A stretch of DNA of 64,000 nt from an uncultured Verrucomicrobiota bacterium (GTDB lineage: Bacteria > Verrucomicrobiota > Verrucomicrobiia > JABWAM01), in the NCBI GenBank assembly GCA_964475835.1, contig CAYYYL010000012.1, positions 14,201 to 78,200 of the forward strand, read 5' to 3'. Shown here in pieces: positions 43,158 to 52,334 of this stretch. The notes under the pieces are model-generated. The model worked only from the letters and a program-made list of their open reading frames with translations. It was not told the DNA's origin and ran no database searches. How positions within the stretch are numbered: the stretch's first letter is position 1; the number at the start of each line of letters is the position of its first letter. The translations under genes were made by a program, and so were the position numbers.

Positions 43158-45107
43158 ATGGTTCCGCGTGTTTTTCACCTCCTGCTGGCGTGCGCGCTCG
43201 TCGCGGGTTGCAGCAACGATCCGCATCCTCCGCCTTTTCACGAAAAACGTCCCGATGGCACACCCTGGCAGGTTTCCTTCCGGCCGTTTCCGGACGATCC
43301 GCGCTCGCTCGACCCCCAATTCAGTTACGACACCGTCAGCCATTCCATCATCTGCCTTATTTACGAAGGCATGCTGCAATACCACCCGTTCAAAACCGAT
43401 CCCTACGAATTGATCCCCTGCCTTGCGGAAAAGATGCCCGAACGCGTCCTCACTCCGGACGGACATCCCGCATATCGATTTCAAATCAAACGCGGCATCT
43501 CCTTTGAGGCCGATTCGTGTTTCCTTTCCTCCCAGGGAAAAGGCCGTGAGCTGACCGCCTCGGACATGGCGTACACCTTTCATCGCATCGCCGACCCGAA
43601 GGTGGAATGCCCCGTCTTTTCAACGCTTGCCGAATACATCGTAGGCCTCCAATCCTGCAATGAAGAGGCCAGGAAAACCGGTTCCTACGACTATTCGAAA
43701 CCTTTTCCCGGCATTCGCATCCTCGACGACCACACGTTCGACATCGTCCTGCTGAAACCCTTTCCCCAGTTGCTCTATTGGATGGCCATGCCCTTCACGG
43801 CCCCCGTGGCCCGCGAAGCCGTGGAATATTATGACGGAAAGACCCACGACGGAATCGTCCGGGAACAGTTCAAGTTCAAGCCCGTCGGCACGGGCCCGTT
43901 TCATCTGGTCGAATGGAAAAAAGGACTCTCGTTGAGGCTGGTCCGGAATGCGGACTATTCGGCCACACGATTTCCAAAAGATGGATGGCCTGTTTCCGAA
44001 GCCGCACGCTATGAGGAAATGGCGGGAAAACCGATCCCTTTCCTTGATGAAATGAATTTTCGCATCATTCGCGAAAGCATCCCCGCATGGCTACTTTTCC
44101 GACAGGGCTTTCTCGAAGGCGCCGGCGTGGGCAAGGATGTCTTCGATACCGCCGTCAGTGCACGCCAGGAGTTGACATCTGAATATCAGAAACGTGGCGT
44201 CTGGCTTTACAAAGACGCGGAACCCTCCACCTACTATTTTCTCTTCAACATGCAGGATCCCGTCGTCGGAAAAAACCGGAAGCTGCGACAAGCCATCTCC
44301 GCAGTCTATGACATGGAGCTGGAGAATGATATTTTCATGAATGGCATCTACCTCAATGCCCAGCAACTTCTTCCACCGGGCGTCTATGGATACCAACCCG
44401 GATTCCAGAATCCCTATCGTCAAAACAATCTCGAGCAGGCAAAACGGCTTCTCGCTGAAGCTGGTTATCCCCGTGGTTACGATGCCAAAACAGGCAAGCA
44501 GCTGCAATTGACACTCGACATGACAGTTGATGATGCGGAATCCCGTCAGCACGCGGAGTTTCAAAAGGAGCAGATCGAAAAACTGGGCATCAAGGTGAAA
44601 ATCGAGGAGAACCTGTGGGCCGCCCAGCAGGACAAGGTAGATCGTGGCAATTTTCAATTCACAGCCTATGGATGGCACGCAGACTATCCTGATCCGGAAA
44701 ACTTTTTTTTTCTTTTTTACGGAAAAAACGCGGCTCCCGAAGGCAACAACTACTGCCGATACTCAAACGCCGAGTTTGACACGTTGTTCGAACAGATGCG
44801 CGCCATCGAAAACTCTCCCCAACGACTTGATCTCGTTCATCGCCTGAACTCCATGCTCGTGGAGGATTGCCCATTCATTCCACTCTACTATCCCGTCGTT
44901 TTTCGGCTCAGCCAGCCCTGGGCCCCACGCGTGGTGTTGAACCCGCTTGTCTTTAGCGGACCGAAATACACCCGGATCGATCCCATCCTCCGAAAACAAA
45001 AACAGGAGGAATGGAATCGCAAGCCCCTGTGGCCCCTCGGCATCCTCGCCGCAACCCTGGTGATCGCAGGGCTTTTTGCCTATAACTGGAGCCAACGCCA
45101 TGGCTAG
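43158..45107 (+). CDS. ABC transporter substrate-binding lipoprotein, family 5 (peptide/nickel type)
   Basis: Lipobox LLLACALVAGCS. 649 aa. Family-5 SBP-like regions (DPQFSYDTVS, YEGMLQY, GTGPFHLVEWKKG, WHADYPDPENFF). Heads an operon with two permeases and two ATPases. Confidence 0.8.
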   Translation: MVPRVFHLLLACALVAGCSNDPHPPPFHEKRPDGTPWQVSFRPFPDDPRSLDPQFSYDTVSHSIICLIYEGMLQYHPFKTDPYELIPCLAEKMPERVLTPDGHPAYRFQIKRGISFEADSCFLSSQGKGRELTASDMAYTFHRIADPKVECPVFSTLAEYIVGLQSCNEEARKTGSYDYSKPFPGIRILDDHTFDIVLLKPFPQLLYWMAMPFTAPVAREAVEYYDGKTHDGIVREQFKFKPVGTGPFHLVEWKKGLSLRLVRNADYSATRFPKDGWPVSEAARYEEMAGKPIPFLDEMNFRIIRESIPAWLLFRQGFLEGAGVGKDVFDTAVSARQELTSEYQKRGVWLYKDAEPSTYYFLFNMQDPVVGKNRKLRQAISAVYDMELENDIFMNGIYLNAQQLLPPGVYGYQPGFQNPYRQNNLEQAKRLLAEAGYPRGYDAKTGKQLQLTLDMTVDDAESRQHAEFQKEQIEKLGIKVKIEENLWAAQQDKVDRGNFQFTAYGWHADYPDPENFFFLFYGKNAAPEGNNYCRYSNAEFDTLFEQMRAIENSPQRLDLVHRLNSMLVEDCPFIPLYYPVVFRLSQPWAPRVVLNPLVFSGPKYTRIDPILRKQKQEEWNRKPLWPLGILAATLVIAGLFAYNWSQRHG

Positions 45108-46074
45108 TTATCTAATCCGCCGCATTCTCTACATGATTCCGATCATTTTCGGCGTCATGTTGATCACGTTCCTCCTCTTTTTCGTGATCCAGTCCCCCAA
45201 AGCCATGGCGCAGAGGATCCTCGGCCCGAAAGCCAAACCGGAAGCCCTTCAGAACTGGCTTCACAACCGGGGCTATGACAAGCCCCGCTTCATCAACACG
45301 CAACCGGGTCAACCCTTATGGGACTCCCAGTTCGTCCATCAGATGAAGTCGCTGGCCACGTTCGACCTGGGCTATTCGGATGCCACCGGCGAAAGCATCG
45401 CCAACATGTTCAAACGGGGAGCCATCCCCTCGCTCATGATCACAGTACCGAGTTTTATTTTTGGATTTCTGTTGTCCTTAAGTCTTGCCCTGTTTTTCGT
45501 TTTTGTTCGCCATTCCCGAATCGATCTGACGGGGATCATCACCTGCGTCGCCATGATGAGCATCCCGATCCAGGTCTATGTGATTTTCGGACAGTGGCTC
45601 ATTGCCGTTAAAACATCTTATTTCCCGGCCTTTGGCTTCTATCCCGCAGGCCTTTCCACGGCAAAATTTCTACTCCTGCCGGTGCTTGTCTATACCATTG
45701 CGGATCTGGGGGGTGAAGTGCGCCTATTTCGCACCATTTTTTTGGAGGAAATCCAGCAGGAGTACATCAAGACCGCGCTGGCCAAGGGGGTCTCTCCCTT
45801 GCGGCTGCTCTTCGTTCATGTGCTCAAAAACGGAATGATTTCAATCATCACCCTGGTGGTCGCCTCGCTTCCCTTTCTCATCATTGGCTCCCTCGTACTG
45901 GAAAACTTTTTCGGCATTCCAGGACTTGGGAATCTCACGGTGAATGCCATCCGAACCTCGGACTTTGCCGTGGTCCGTGCCACCGTTTACCTTGGATCCC
46001 TTCTCTATCTCCTGGGCCTTCTCCTGACGGATATTTGTTACGCTGCGGTGGACCCACGCATTCGTTTCCAATGA
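45100..46074 (+). CDS. ABC transporter permease (DppB/OppB-like)
   Basis: Start MASYLIRRILYMIPIIFGV (overlaps the SBP stop). YIKTALAKGVSPLRLLFVHVLKNGM is the conserved permease loop. Confidence 0.85.
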   Translation: MASYLIRRILYMIPIIFGVMLITFLLFFVIQSPKAMAQRILGPKAKPEALQNWLHNRGYDKPRFINTQPGQPLWDSQFVHQMKSLATFDLGYSDATGESIANMFKRGAIPSLMITVPSFIFGFLLSLSLALFFVFVRHSRIDLTGIITCVAMMSIPIQVYVIFGQWLIAVKTSYFPAFGFYPAGLSTAKFLLLPVLVYTIADLGGEVRLFRTIFLEEIQQEYIKTALAKGVSPLRLLFVHVLKNGMISIITLVVASLPFLIIGSLVLENFFGIPGLGNLTVNAIRTSDFAVVRATVYLGSLLYLLGLLLTDICYAAVDPRIRFQ

Positions 46075-47084
46075 CCTCTCCATGGCTTGAAAATTTCGCG
46101 GTATTTCTCCTCGTCCTCTCGATGGGCGGAGCGTTCTGGTTCATGGCCCGGTCACCCCGTTGGGAGCGCGCTACACGTCGCTTCCGCAAAGACCGAATCG
46201 GGCTGATCTCCGCATGCGTGATCGGAATTTATCTTTTCATCGGCCTGCTTGACTCCATCCAGGTTCCCACAGAGCCCCACAACCAGCGTACCGTCCTCGA
46301 TTGGTTTTTCCACAACACCCCAAGGGAACGTTCCTACAGCGCCCCGCTGGCACGGACCACCTATTCCTCCACTCGCCCCCAACCCCTTCAGGGAAAACAC
46401 CTCCTCGGCACGGACGTCCTCGGAAAGGATGTCCTGCTACAAACCCTCAAAGCCTGCCGGACCACTCTGATCATCGGCGGCCTCACCAGTCTCATCTACA
46501 TTCCGCTTGGAACCCTTTTGGGTGTGCTGGCGGGCTACCACCGGCGACGGGTCGACGATCTGATTCAATACATTTACAGCACGCTGGCCACCATCCCCAG
46601 CATTCTCCTTCTGATTGCGATCATCATGGCGCTTGGAAAAGGGCTTCCCCAAATTTCCGTCGCTCTGGGTATCACGGCATGGGTGGGGCTTTGCCGGTTG
46701 ATCCGGGGCGAGACCATGCGTCAATGTGAACGTCCCTACGTGGAGGCAGCCCGTGCGCTGGGACAAAACAGCCGCCAGATCATCTGCAGACATATCCTTC
46801 CGAATGTAATGCATCTCGTGATGATCAATTTCATTCTCGGATTCTCGGGATTCGTCATGACGGAATCGATCCTCAGCTATCTCGGGGTGGGAGTCCCCGT
46901 GGGAACCCCATCCTGGGGCCAGATGATCGATTCGGCGCGCATGGAACTCGCCCGTGAACCCGCCGTCTGGTGGAATCTGACCGCCGCAGCCTCCGCCCTT
47001 TTCCTCCTCGTTCTTGCTCTCAACCTTCTCGGTGACTCCTTGCGCAAGGCCTTCGATCCACGAGGCACCTCGGTTTCACGCTAA
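46071..47084 (+). CDS. ABC transporter permease (DppC/OppC-like)
   Basis: ATGA overlap with the preceding permease. YVEAARALGQNSRQIICRHILPNVM is the conserved loop. Confidence 0.85.
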   Translation: MTSPWLENFAVFLLVLSMGGAFWFMARSPRWERATRRFRKDRIGLISACVIGIYLFIGLLDSIQVPTEPHNQRTVLDWFFHNTPRERSYSAPLARTTYSSTRPQPLQGKHLLGTDVLGKDVLLQTLKACRTTLIIGGLTSLIYIPLGTLLGVLAGYHRRRVDDLIQYIYSTLATIPSILLLIAIIMALGKGLPQISVALGITAWVGLCRLIRGETMRQCERPYVEAARALGQNSRQIICRHILPNVMHLVMINFILGFSGFVMTESILSYLGVGVPVGTPSWGQMIDSARMELAREPAVWWNLTAAASALFLLVLALNLLGDSLRKAFDPRGTSVSR

Positions 47085-47159
47085 ACATTAAAATGGCAGA
47101 CACCCCCATGACTTTATCGAAAATACAAATTTGAAACCCAATAAGAGTGAACGACATGT

Positions 47160-47357
47160 ATGAATCTTAAATCCATTACCTTCCTCGCCGTCATCGGTCA
47201 GATCATCGAACTGGTCTATTGGCAATCGACCTCTCTTTTTCATCTTTACAGGGTTTTTGGGGAAGGATTCCTGCAATTGTTTGGCCTGCTTGTCGCCGTG
47301 GTCGGGCATGGCAGCCTGATCCTTTTTCTCTTCACCCTTTACTCCAGACAGAAGTAA
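47160..47357 (+). CDS. hypothetical small membrane protein (65 aa)
   Basis: Two hydrophobic segments. The stop lies 3 nt before the next ATG. No homology recognised. Confidence 0.4.
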   Translation: MNLKSITFLAVIGQIIELVYWQSTSLFHLYRVFGEGFLQLFGLLVAVVGHGSLILFLFTLYSRQK

Positions 47358-47360
47358 TCC

Positions 47361-48188
47361 ATGTCCGACGACATCTATTCCATTTTGGGCATTGAGAAAG
47401 AATCCCCAACCAAAAGGTCGAATACTGCCCCGACAGCTTCGCCACTTTCACAACCAGAAGCGCCTTCTCAGACACCGACGGACGAGGAAGTGGAGACCTT
47501 CAAAAAAACATGCAATTGGTTTGTCGTGGGTGAGAATTCGACGGGACGATGGTTTTGTACCAAAAAGGAATTTGCGGATATTTTCCGAAGGAATATTCTC
47601 GAAGGCACATTTACAGCCGCCTGTACCGTGGACGTGCATGTTAAAACAAAGGATGGGAAGTGGAACAAAACCAGCTCATCCCTTGCCCAGTTTGCGAAAA
47701 GGCACTTTAAAATTGGGGTATTGTACGAACCGGTTTGGAGTCACGCGATGGCAGGCCTGAAGTGGGGTGCTTTGAGTGGAATTGTCCTGAAGTACCTGGA
47801 CACCCTGTTTTTACTGGGTTCGATCGACCCTCGGATGGCGTTTTTGTTTTTGGTGGTAACGGGGGTATGCGTTATTCCCCGCCTGGGCATGCCATTGGTA
47901 ATTGTCGTTTCCATTTCCCTATACAGATTCACCAAAGCGAACCTTTTTATCACGCTTCTTGCGGTCATGTTGTTCGGTTCGATCCTTGGCTGTTTGCCCG
48001 GCATGGCGATTGGCGGAGCGATCGGATTTCTCCGCAGAAAGAACCTCCCTGTCGCTTCGGATGCCACACCGGAACGAAGTGGATTGGTGTGGAAGGTCAT
48101 GGTGCTCCCCTTGCTTGGAAGCGTGATTATTTTGGGTGGCTACTTCGGTGTCGTTAACCCCTGGTTCCAACAGATTTTGAGTAAATAA
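47361..48188 (+). CDS. hypothetical membrane protein with soluble N-terminal domain
   Basis: 275 aa. The N-terminal ~130 aa are soluble (DIYSILGI start, WFVVGENSTGRWFCTKKEF region). The C-terminal part has about four TM helices. Embedded between ABC permease and ATPase genes. Confidence 0.55.
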   Translation: MSDDIYSILGIEKESPTKRSNTAPTASPLSQPEAPSQTPTDEEVETFKKTCNWFVVGENSTGRWFCTKKEFADIFRRNILEGTFTAACTVDVHVKTKDGKWNKTSSSLAQFAKRHFKIGVLYEPVWSHAMAGLKWGALSGIVLKYLDTLFLLGSIDPRMAFLFLVVTGVCVIPRLGMPLVIVVSISLYRFTKANLFITLLAVMLFGSILGCLPGMAIGGAIGFLRRKNLPVASDATPERSGLVWKVMVLPLLGSVIILGGYFGVVNPWFQQILSK

Positions 48189-48283
48189 TCATGCTTCATT
48201 GTCACCCCCATTCCCTCAACACCCCGCATAAACTTTCGAATTCTCGCTTTTTCCTCACAAAATCCCTGCTAGATTGAAGTTCC

Positions 48284-49135
48284 ATGACTGCGCTTCTCGA
48301 CGTTCGCAATCTCCGCATCCAATTCCGCACGGAGGACGGCGATGTCCAGGCAGTCGATGATATCAGCTTCTCCGTTCAGACCGGTGAAACCGTCGCGCTC
48401 GTCGGGGAAAGCGGAAGTGGGAAAAGCGTGACGGCTCTTTCCCTTTCGCGACTGGTTCCCACGCCACCCGCGCACTACCAGGGTGGACAGATCCTGTTCG
48501 AAGGCGGGAATGTGCTCGATTTTTCGAAACACCAGCTGCAGAAACTTCGCGGTGGGAAAATCGCCTATGTTTTTCAGGAACCGTCCACCTCGTTGAATCC
48601 TGTCTATCGCATTCGTAATCAGATCGCTGAGGCCATTCACCTGCATCGCCCGGAGGTGAAGGATATTCGTGAGGAAATTCACAAACTCCTCGATCTGGTC
48701 GGCATTCGCGATCCCGCCCGAAGCATGGAATCGTACCCTCACCAGTTATCCGGCGGCATGCAGCAGCGGGTGATGATCGCCATGGCGCTGGCATGCCAGC
48801 CCAAACTGCTTGTCGCCGACGAACCCACCACGGCATTGGACGTCACGATCCAGGCGCAGATCCTCGACCTGCTGCGCGATCTCCGCAAAAAGAATGACAT
48901 GTCCGTGCTGCTCATCACCCACAATTTCGCCATCGTTTCCCATCTCGCCGATCGGGTGCTGGTGATGTACCGGGGCAAAATTGTGGAACAAGGGCCCACA
49001 CAGGAGGTGCTGCGTCAGCCAAAACATCCCTACACGCAGGCGTTGCTCGCATGCATTCCGAAACTCGGCGGATCCCAACCTCGTTTGACCACCATCGATC
49101 ACGAGGCTCTTTCCGGAAGGCAACCCGTCTCATGA
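48284..49135 (+). CDS. ABC transporter ATP-binding protein (OppD/DppD-like)
   Basis: Walker A GESGSGKS, signature LSGGMQQRV, Walker [13 protein letters not shown]. Confidence 0.9.
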   Translation: MTALLDVRNLRIQFRTEDGDVQAVDDISFSVQTGETVALVGESGSGKSVTALSLSRLVPTPPAHYQGGQILFEGGNVLDFSKHQLQKLRGGKIAYVFQEPSTSLNPVYRIRNQIAEAIHLHRPEVKDIREEIHKLLDLVGIRDPARSMESYPHQLSGGMQQRVMIAMALACQPKLLVADEPTTALDVTIQAQILDLLRDLRKKNDMSVLLITHNFAIVSHLADRVLVMYRGKIVEQGPTQEVLRQPKHPYTQALLACIPKLGGSQPRLTTIDHEALSGRQPVS

Positions 49136-49935
49136 CATCCTCCCCATCATCTCCACTCCTCGAGGTTCGGGACCTCAAAGTGCACTATCCCGTCCGGGGT
49201 GGAATCCTTTCCCAGGTCCGAAGCATGGTCAAGGCGGTGGACGGAGTCAGCTTTGCCATTCACGAGGGGGAAACCGTCGGGCTTGTGGGTGAAAGTGGAA
49301 GTGGAAAAACCACCGTGGGACGTGCCTTGATCCGGCTCGCTCCAGTCACGGAAGGCGATATCCTCTGGAAAAACCGCGTCATCACCCGGCTCAACGAAAA
49401 GGAGTTCCGTCCCCTGCGAAAAGAGATCCAGATGATTTTTCAGGATCCCTTCGGTTCATTGAATCCACGCCTCACCATCGGAACAATTGTGGGCGAAGCC
49501 CTGGAAATCCATTTTCCTGAAATGGATGCGGCCCAGCGTTCCCATCGTGTCGCCGAGCTGCTCAAGCAGGTGGGACTATTGCCGGAACATATGCGTCGTT
49601 ATCCCCATGAATTCAGCGGCGGCCAGCGCCAGCGCATCGGCATCGCGCGCGCGCTTGCGGTCAACCCGCGACTCCTGATCTGCGACGAACCCGTGAGTGC
49701 GCTCGACGTCTCCGTCCAGGCCCAGATCATCAATCTGTTGCAGGACCTTCAGGAACAGCTTGGGCTTGCGTACCTGTTCATCGGCCACGATCTGGGTGTG
49801 GTCCAGCACATGAGCGATCGCGTACTCGTGATGAACGAAGGGAAAATTGTGGAAGCAGGGGATTGCGAAACCCTCTATCGGACCCCAAAACATCCCTACA
49901 CACAAAAGCTTCTGGCGGCAGTTCCCACGATCTAA
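49132..49935 (+). CDS. ABC transporter ATP-binding protein (OppF/DppF-like)
   Basis: ATGA overlap with the previous gene. Walker [10 protein letters not shown], signature FSGGQRQRI, Walker [13 protein letters not shown]. Confidence 0.9.
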   Translation: MTSSPSSPLLEVRDLKVHYPVRGGILSQVRSMVKAVDGVSFAIHEGETVGLVGESGSGKTTVGRALIRLAPVTEGDILWKNRVITRLNEKEFRPLRKEIQMIFQDPFGSLNPRLTIGTIVGEALEIHFPEMDAAQRSHRVAELLKQVGLLPEHMRRYPHEFSGGQRQRIGIARALAVNPRLLICDEPVSALDVSVQAQIINLLQDLQEQLGLAYLFIGHDLGVVQHMSDRVLVMNEGKIVEAGDCETLYRTPKHPYTQKLLAAVPTI

Positions 49936-49969
49936 CGGGTTTCTAACTGCCTTCCATCATCTCATTCCC

Positions 49970-50845
49970 ATGCGCTTCTCCGCACACAAACATCCGGACG
50001 AAGTGTTGATCGATCCCCACTCCCACAGCAAGTTTTCTGATGGGCTTTCCACCCCGCGGCGGATGTTTCTCCATGCGAAACGACGGGGCTTGCGTGGACT
50101 TATCCTGACCGACCACGACACCGTCCAGCACTGGGAGGAAAGTCTGGAGGCGGCACGCCGCATGGGAATGGCCACCACACCGGGGGTGGAAATTTCAACC
50201 GCCCAGGGTCACATCCTTGCCTACTTTGATGGCACCACCCCGGCAAGGAAGGTTGCACGCGCCCTCAAACTCGACCAGGGGGTGATCCACTATCTCGATG
50301 CCGATTCGGTCATCCGAAGGGTCGGCGACCTTGGCGGCATCCTCGTGGTTCCCCACCCCTTCGGCCCCTTCTACCCTATGGGAAGCCGGTTTCTCGACAA
50401 GGTGGAGGGCATTGAGGAATATAATTCCTGGATCTTTCAGGACACCCGAAGGTATCGAAATGCCTTTGACTATGCGAAAAGGCATCACATCGCCGCCTTG
50501 GGCGGCAGTGACAGCCACTATCCCTACACCATCGGTTTCGGCGCGACCGCGGTTCCCAAGGACACCGACTTCACCAAATCAGACTGGTTTCTGCAATGCG
50601 TCCGTCATCGAAAAACCCGCCCCATCGTACAACAGCGCCCGCTCCATCGCCGGATCAATTTCCTCAAATCCACGGTCAGCATTCCTCTGAACATGCGATA
50701 CAACGTCAAATTCTTTCGCAGCAAGTGGCAAAACTACTGGCGTCAAAACTACCGGGAACTCCTTCAGCGCGGAATCTTCAGAGGGCCTGAGGAACGGGAA
50801 TCTCCTCCAGCGTCCGCTTCGAAAAGGGACGGACATCCGGAATAA
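49970..50845 (+). CDS. PHP-domain metal-dependent phosphoesterase
   Basis: Start MRFSAHK. IDPHSHSKFSDG, LILTDHDT, GVEIST, VVPHPF and GGSDSH are PHP-family metal-binding motifs. Confidence 0.75.
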   Translation: MRFSAHKHPDEVLIDPHSHSKFSDGLSTPRRMFLHAKRRGLRGLILTDHDTVQHWEESLEAARRMGMATTPGVEISTAQGHILAYFDGTTPARKVARALKLDQGVIHYLDADSVIRRVGDLGGILVVPHPFGPFYPMGSRFLDKVEGIEEYNSWIFQDTRRYRNAFDYAKRHHIAALGGSDSHYPYTIGFGATAVPKDTDFTKSDWFLQCVRHRKTRPIVQQRPLHRRINFLKSTVSIPLNMRYNVKFFRSKWQNYWRQNYRELLQRGIFRGPEERESPPASASKRDGHPE

Positions 50846-52334
50846 CACGATCGAGAAGCTTCGCGCTGCTGAGCACCCCAGGCAGTCCCGCCCCGGGATG
50901 AGTCCCCGCCCCGACAAAATAGAGTCCATCCACATCCTCGCTCACATTATGCGGCCGGAACCAGGCGGATTGCGTCAGTAGAGGTTCCACCTGAAATGCC
51001 GTTCCGAGGTAGGCATCCAGTTCCGTCTCGAAATCCTTCGGTGTAAAGATCAGTCGTGAGACAAGATGCTTGCGCAAGTCGGGCACCAGATCCTCCTTAT
51101 CAAGGAAGGCGAGAATCCGATCCGCATACTCCTCCTTGATCTGATCCCAGTCCTGCCCTCCTCCAAGATGTGGCACGGGGGAAAGCACATAAAAACATTC
51201 ATGTCCTGCAGGCGCCACGGATGGATCGCTCCGGGTCGGGGCATGCAGATAGAGCGAAAAATCTTTGGCCACGATTCGACGATGAAAGATGTCGTTCAAC
51301 AAGCCCTCATAGCGCGGTCCCATGACGATCGTATGATGAGCCAGATGGGGATACGTGCGATTGGTCCCGAAATAGATGATAAAAAGCGACATCGCATACC
51401 GCATCTTCTCAATCCTGGTATTCGTCCACTTGCGGCGAAACTCAGGTTTCAGCAATTTGCGGTAGGTGTTCGCAAGATCCCCGTTGGAGACGACAACCTG
51501 AGCAGGGTATCGGGTTCCATTCGAAGTTCGGACCAGTCTTGCCTGGGGACGCCCCTCCGACATCCGCGCACATTCAATCTCCTCCACCCGTGTGTTCAGC
51601 TTCAAAACACCTCCCAGCTCTTCGAAAAGTCGTACCATTGCCTGGACGAGCGCCCCAGTCCCCCCAAGCACGGAATAGACACCCCATGTTTTCTCAAGAT
51701 GATGAATCATCGAATAGATGGAGGAGGCCTGAAGGGGATTGCCACCGATCAGGAGGGGATTGAAACTGAACACCTGACGCAGGCAGGGATCACGAATATA
51801 TCGCGCGGCCGCCTGAAAGACGGATTTGTCGGCTCGAAGACGGATCAAATCCGGGGCAACCCGCATCATGTCCCAGAAACTCGAAAACGGCTGGTCCGCA
51901 AGCTCGGTAAACGCCTTGTCATAGATGCGCGAGGTCAGACGAGCAAACTTGCGATATCCCTCCACATCGTCGGGATTGAATTTCTGGATCTCACGCTCAA
52001 TCTCATCCTGACTGCCCGTGTAATTGAACACCCGGCCGTCATGGAATCGAATGCGATAAAACGGACGGCAATCGATGAGTTTCACATAATCGCTGAAGGT
52101 CCGTCCCGCCATCGAAAAAAGCTCCTCAAGAACAAAGGGCACCGTGACGATGGTCGGGCCTGCGTCATAGGTGAACCCCTTGTCCTGATAGACATAGGCA
52201 CGCCCCCCGGGCTTGTCGCGTGCTTCAAGCAGCGTCACCTTCCAGCCCCGGGCCTGGAGTCGAATCGCAGCTCCAAGGCCTCCAAAACCCGCCCCGATCA
52301 CCACCGCCTTTCCCGTTCCCTGTTCGTTTTTCAT
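50778..52334 (-). CDS. crtI: phytoene desaturase (CrtI family)
   Basis: End-to-end resemblance to bacterial CrtI as I recall it: VIGAGFGGLGAAIRLQARGW.V.LLE.RDKPGGRAYVY.D.GF..DAGPT, FNP.DVEGYR.F, RQ.FSF..LL.GGNP...SSIY..IH.LE..WGV, FSLYLHAP...D.S.AP.G....YVL.PVPHLG, SAF.VEP.LTQSAWFRPHN, L..VGAGTHPGAG.PGV. The 3' end overlaps the PHP gene by 68 nt. Confidence 0.9.
   Translation of the reverse strand: MKNEQGTGKAVVIGAGFGGLGAAIRLQARGWKVTLLEARDKPGGRAYVYQDKGFTYDAGPTIVTVPFVLEELFSMAGRTFSDYVKLIDCRPFYRIRFHDGRVFNYTGSQDEIEREIQKFNPDDVEGYRKFARLTSRIYDKAFTELADQPFSSFWDMMRVAPDLIRLRADKSVFQAAARYIRDPCLRQVFSFNPLLIGGNPLQASSIYSMIHHLEKTWGVYSVLGGTGALVQAMVRLFEELGGVLKLNTRVEEIECARMSEGRPQARLVRTSNGTRYPAQVVVSNGDLANTYRKLLKPEFRRKWTNTRIEKMRYAMSLFIIYFGTNRTYPHLAHHTIVMGPRYEGLLNDIFHRRIVAKDFSLYLHAPTRSDPSVAPAGHECFYVLSPVPHLGGGQDWDQIKEEYADRILAFLDKEDLVPDLRKHLVSRLIFTPKDFETELDAYLGTAFQVEPLLTQSAWFRPHNVSEDVDGLYFVGAGTHPGAGLPGVLSSAKLLDRVIPDVRPFSKRTLEEIPVPQAL

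Noticed and set aside
43005-43583. 192-aa minus-strand ORF overlapping the ABC substrate-binding gene start and the 81-nt element
   Set aside because: It overlaps the plus-strand SBP gene, which has a lipobox and family-5 SBP features, and part of it is read through the intergenic repeat. No motifs.
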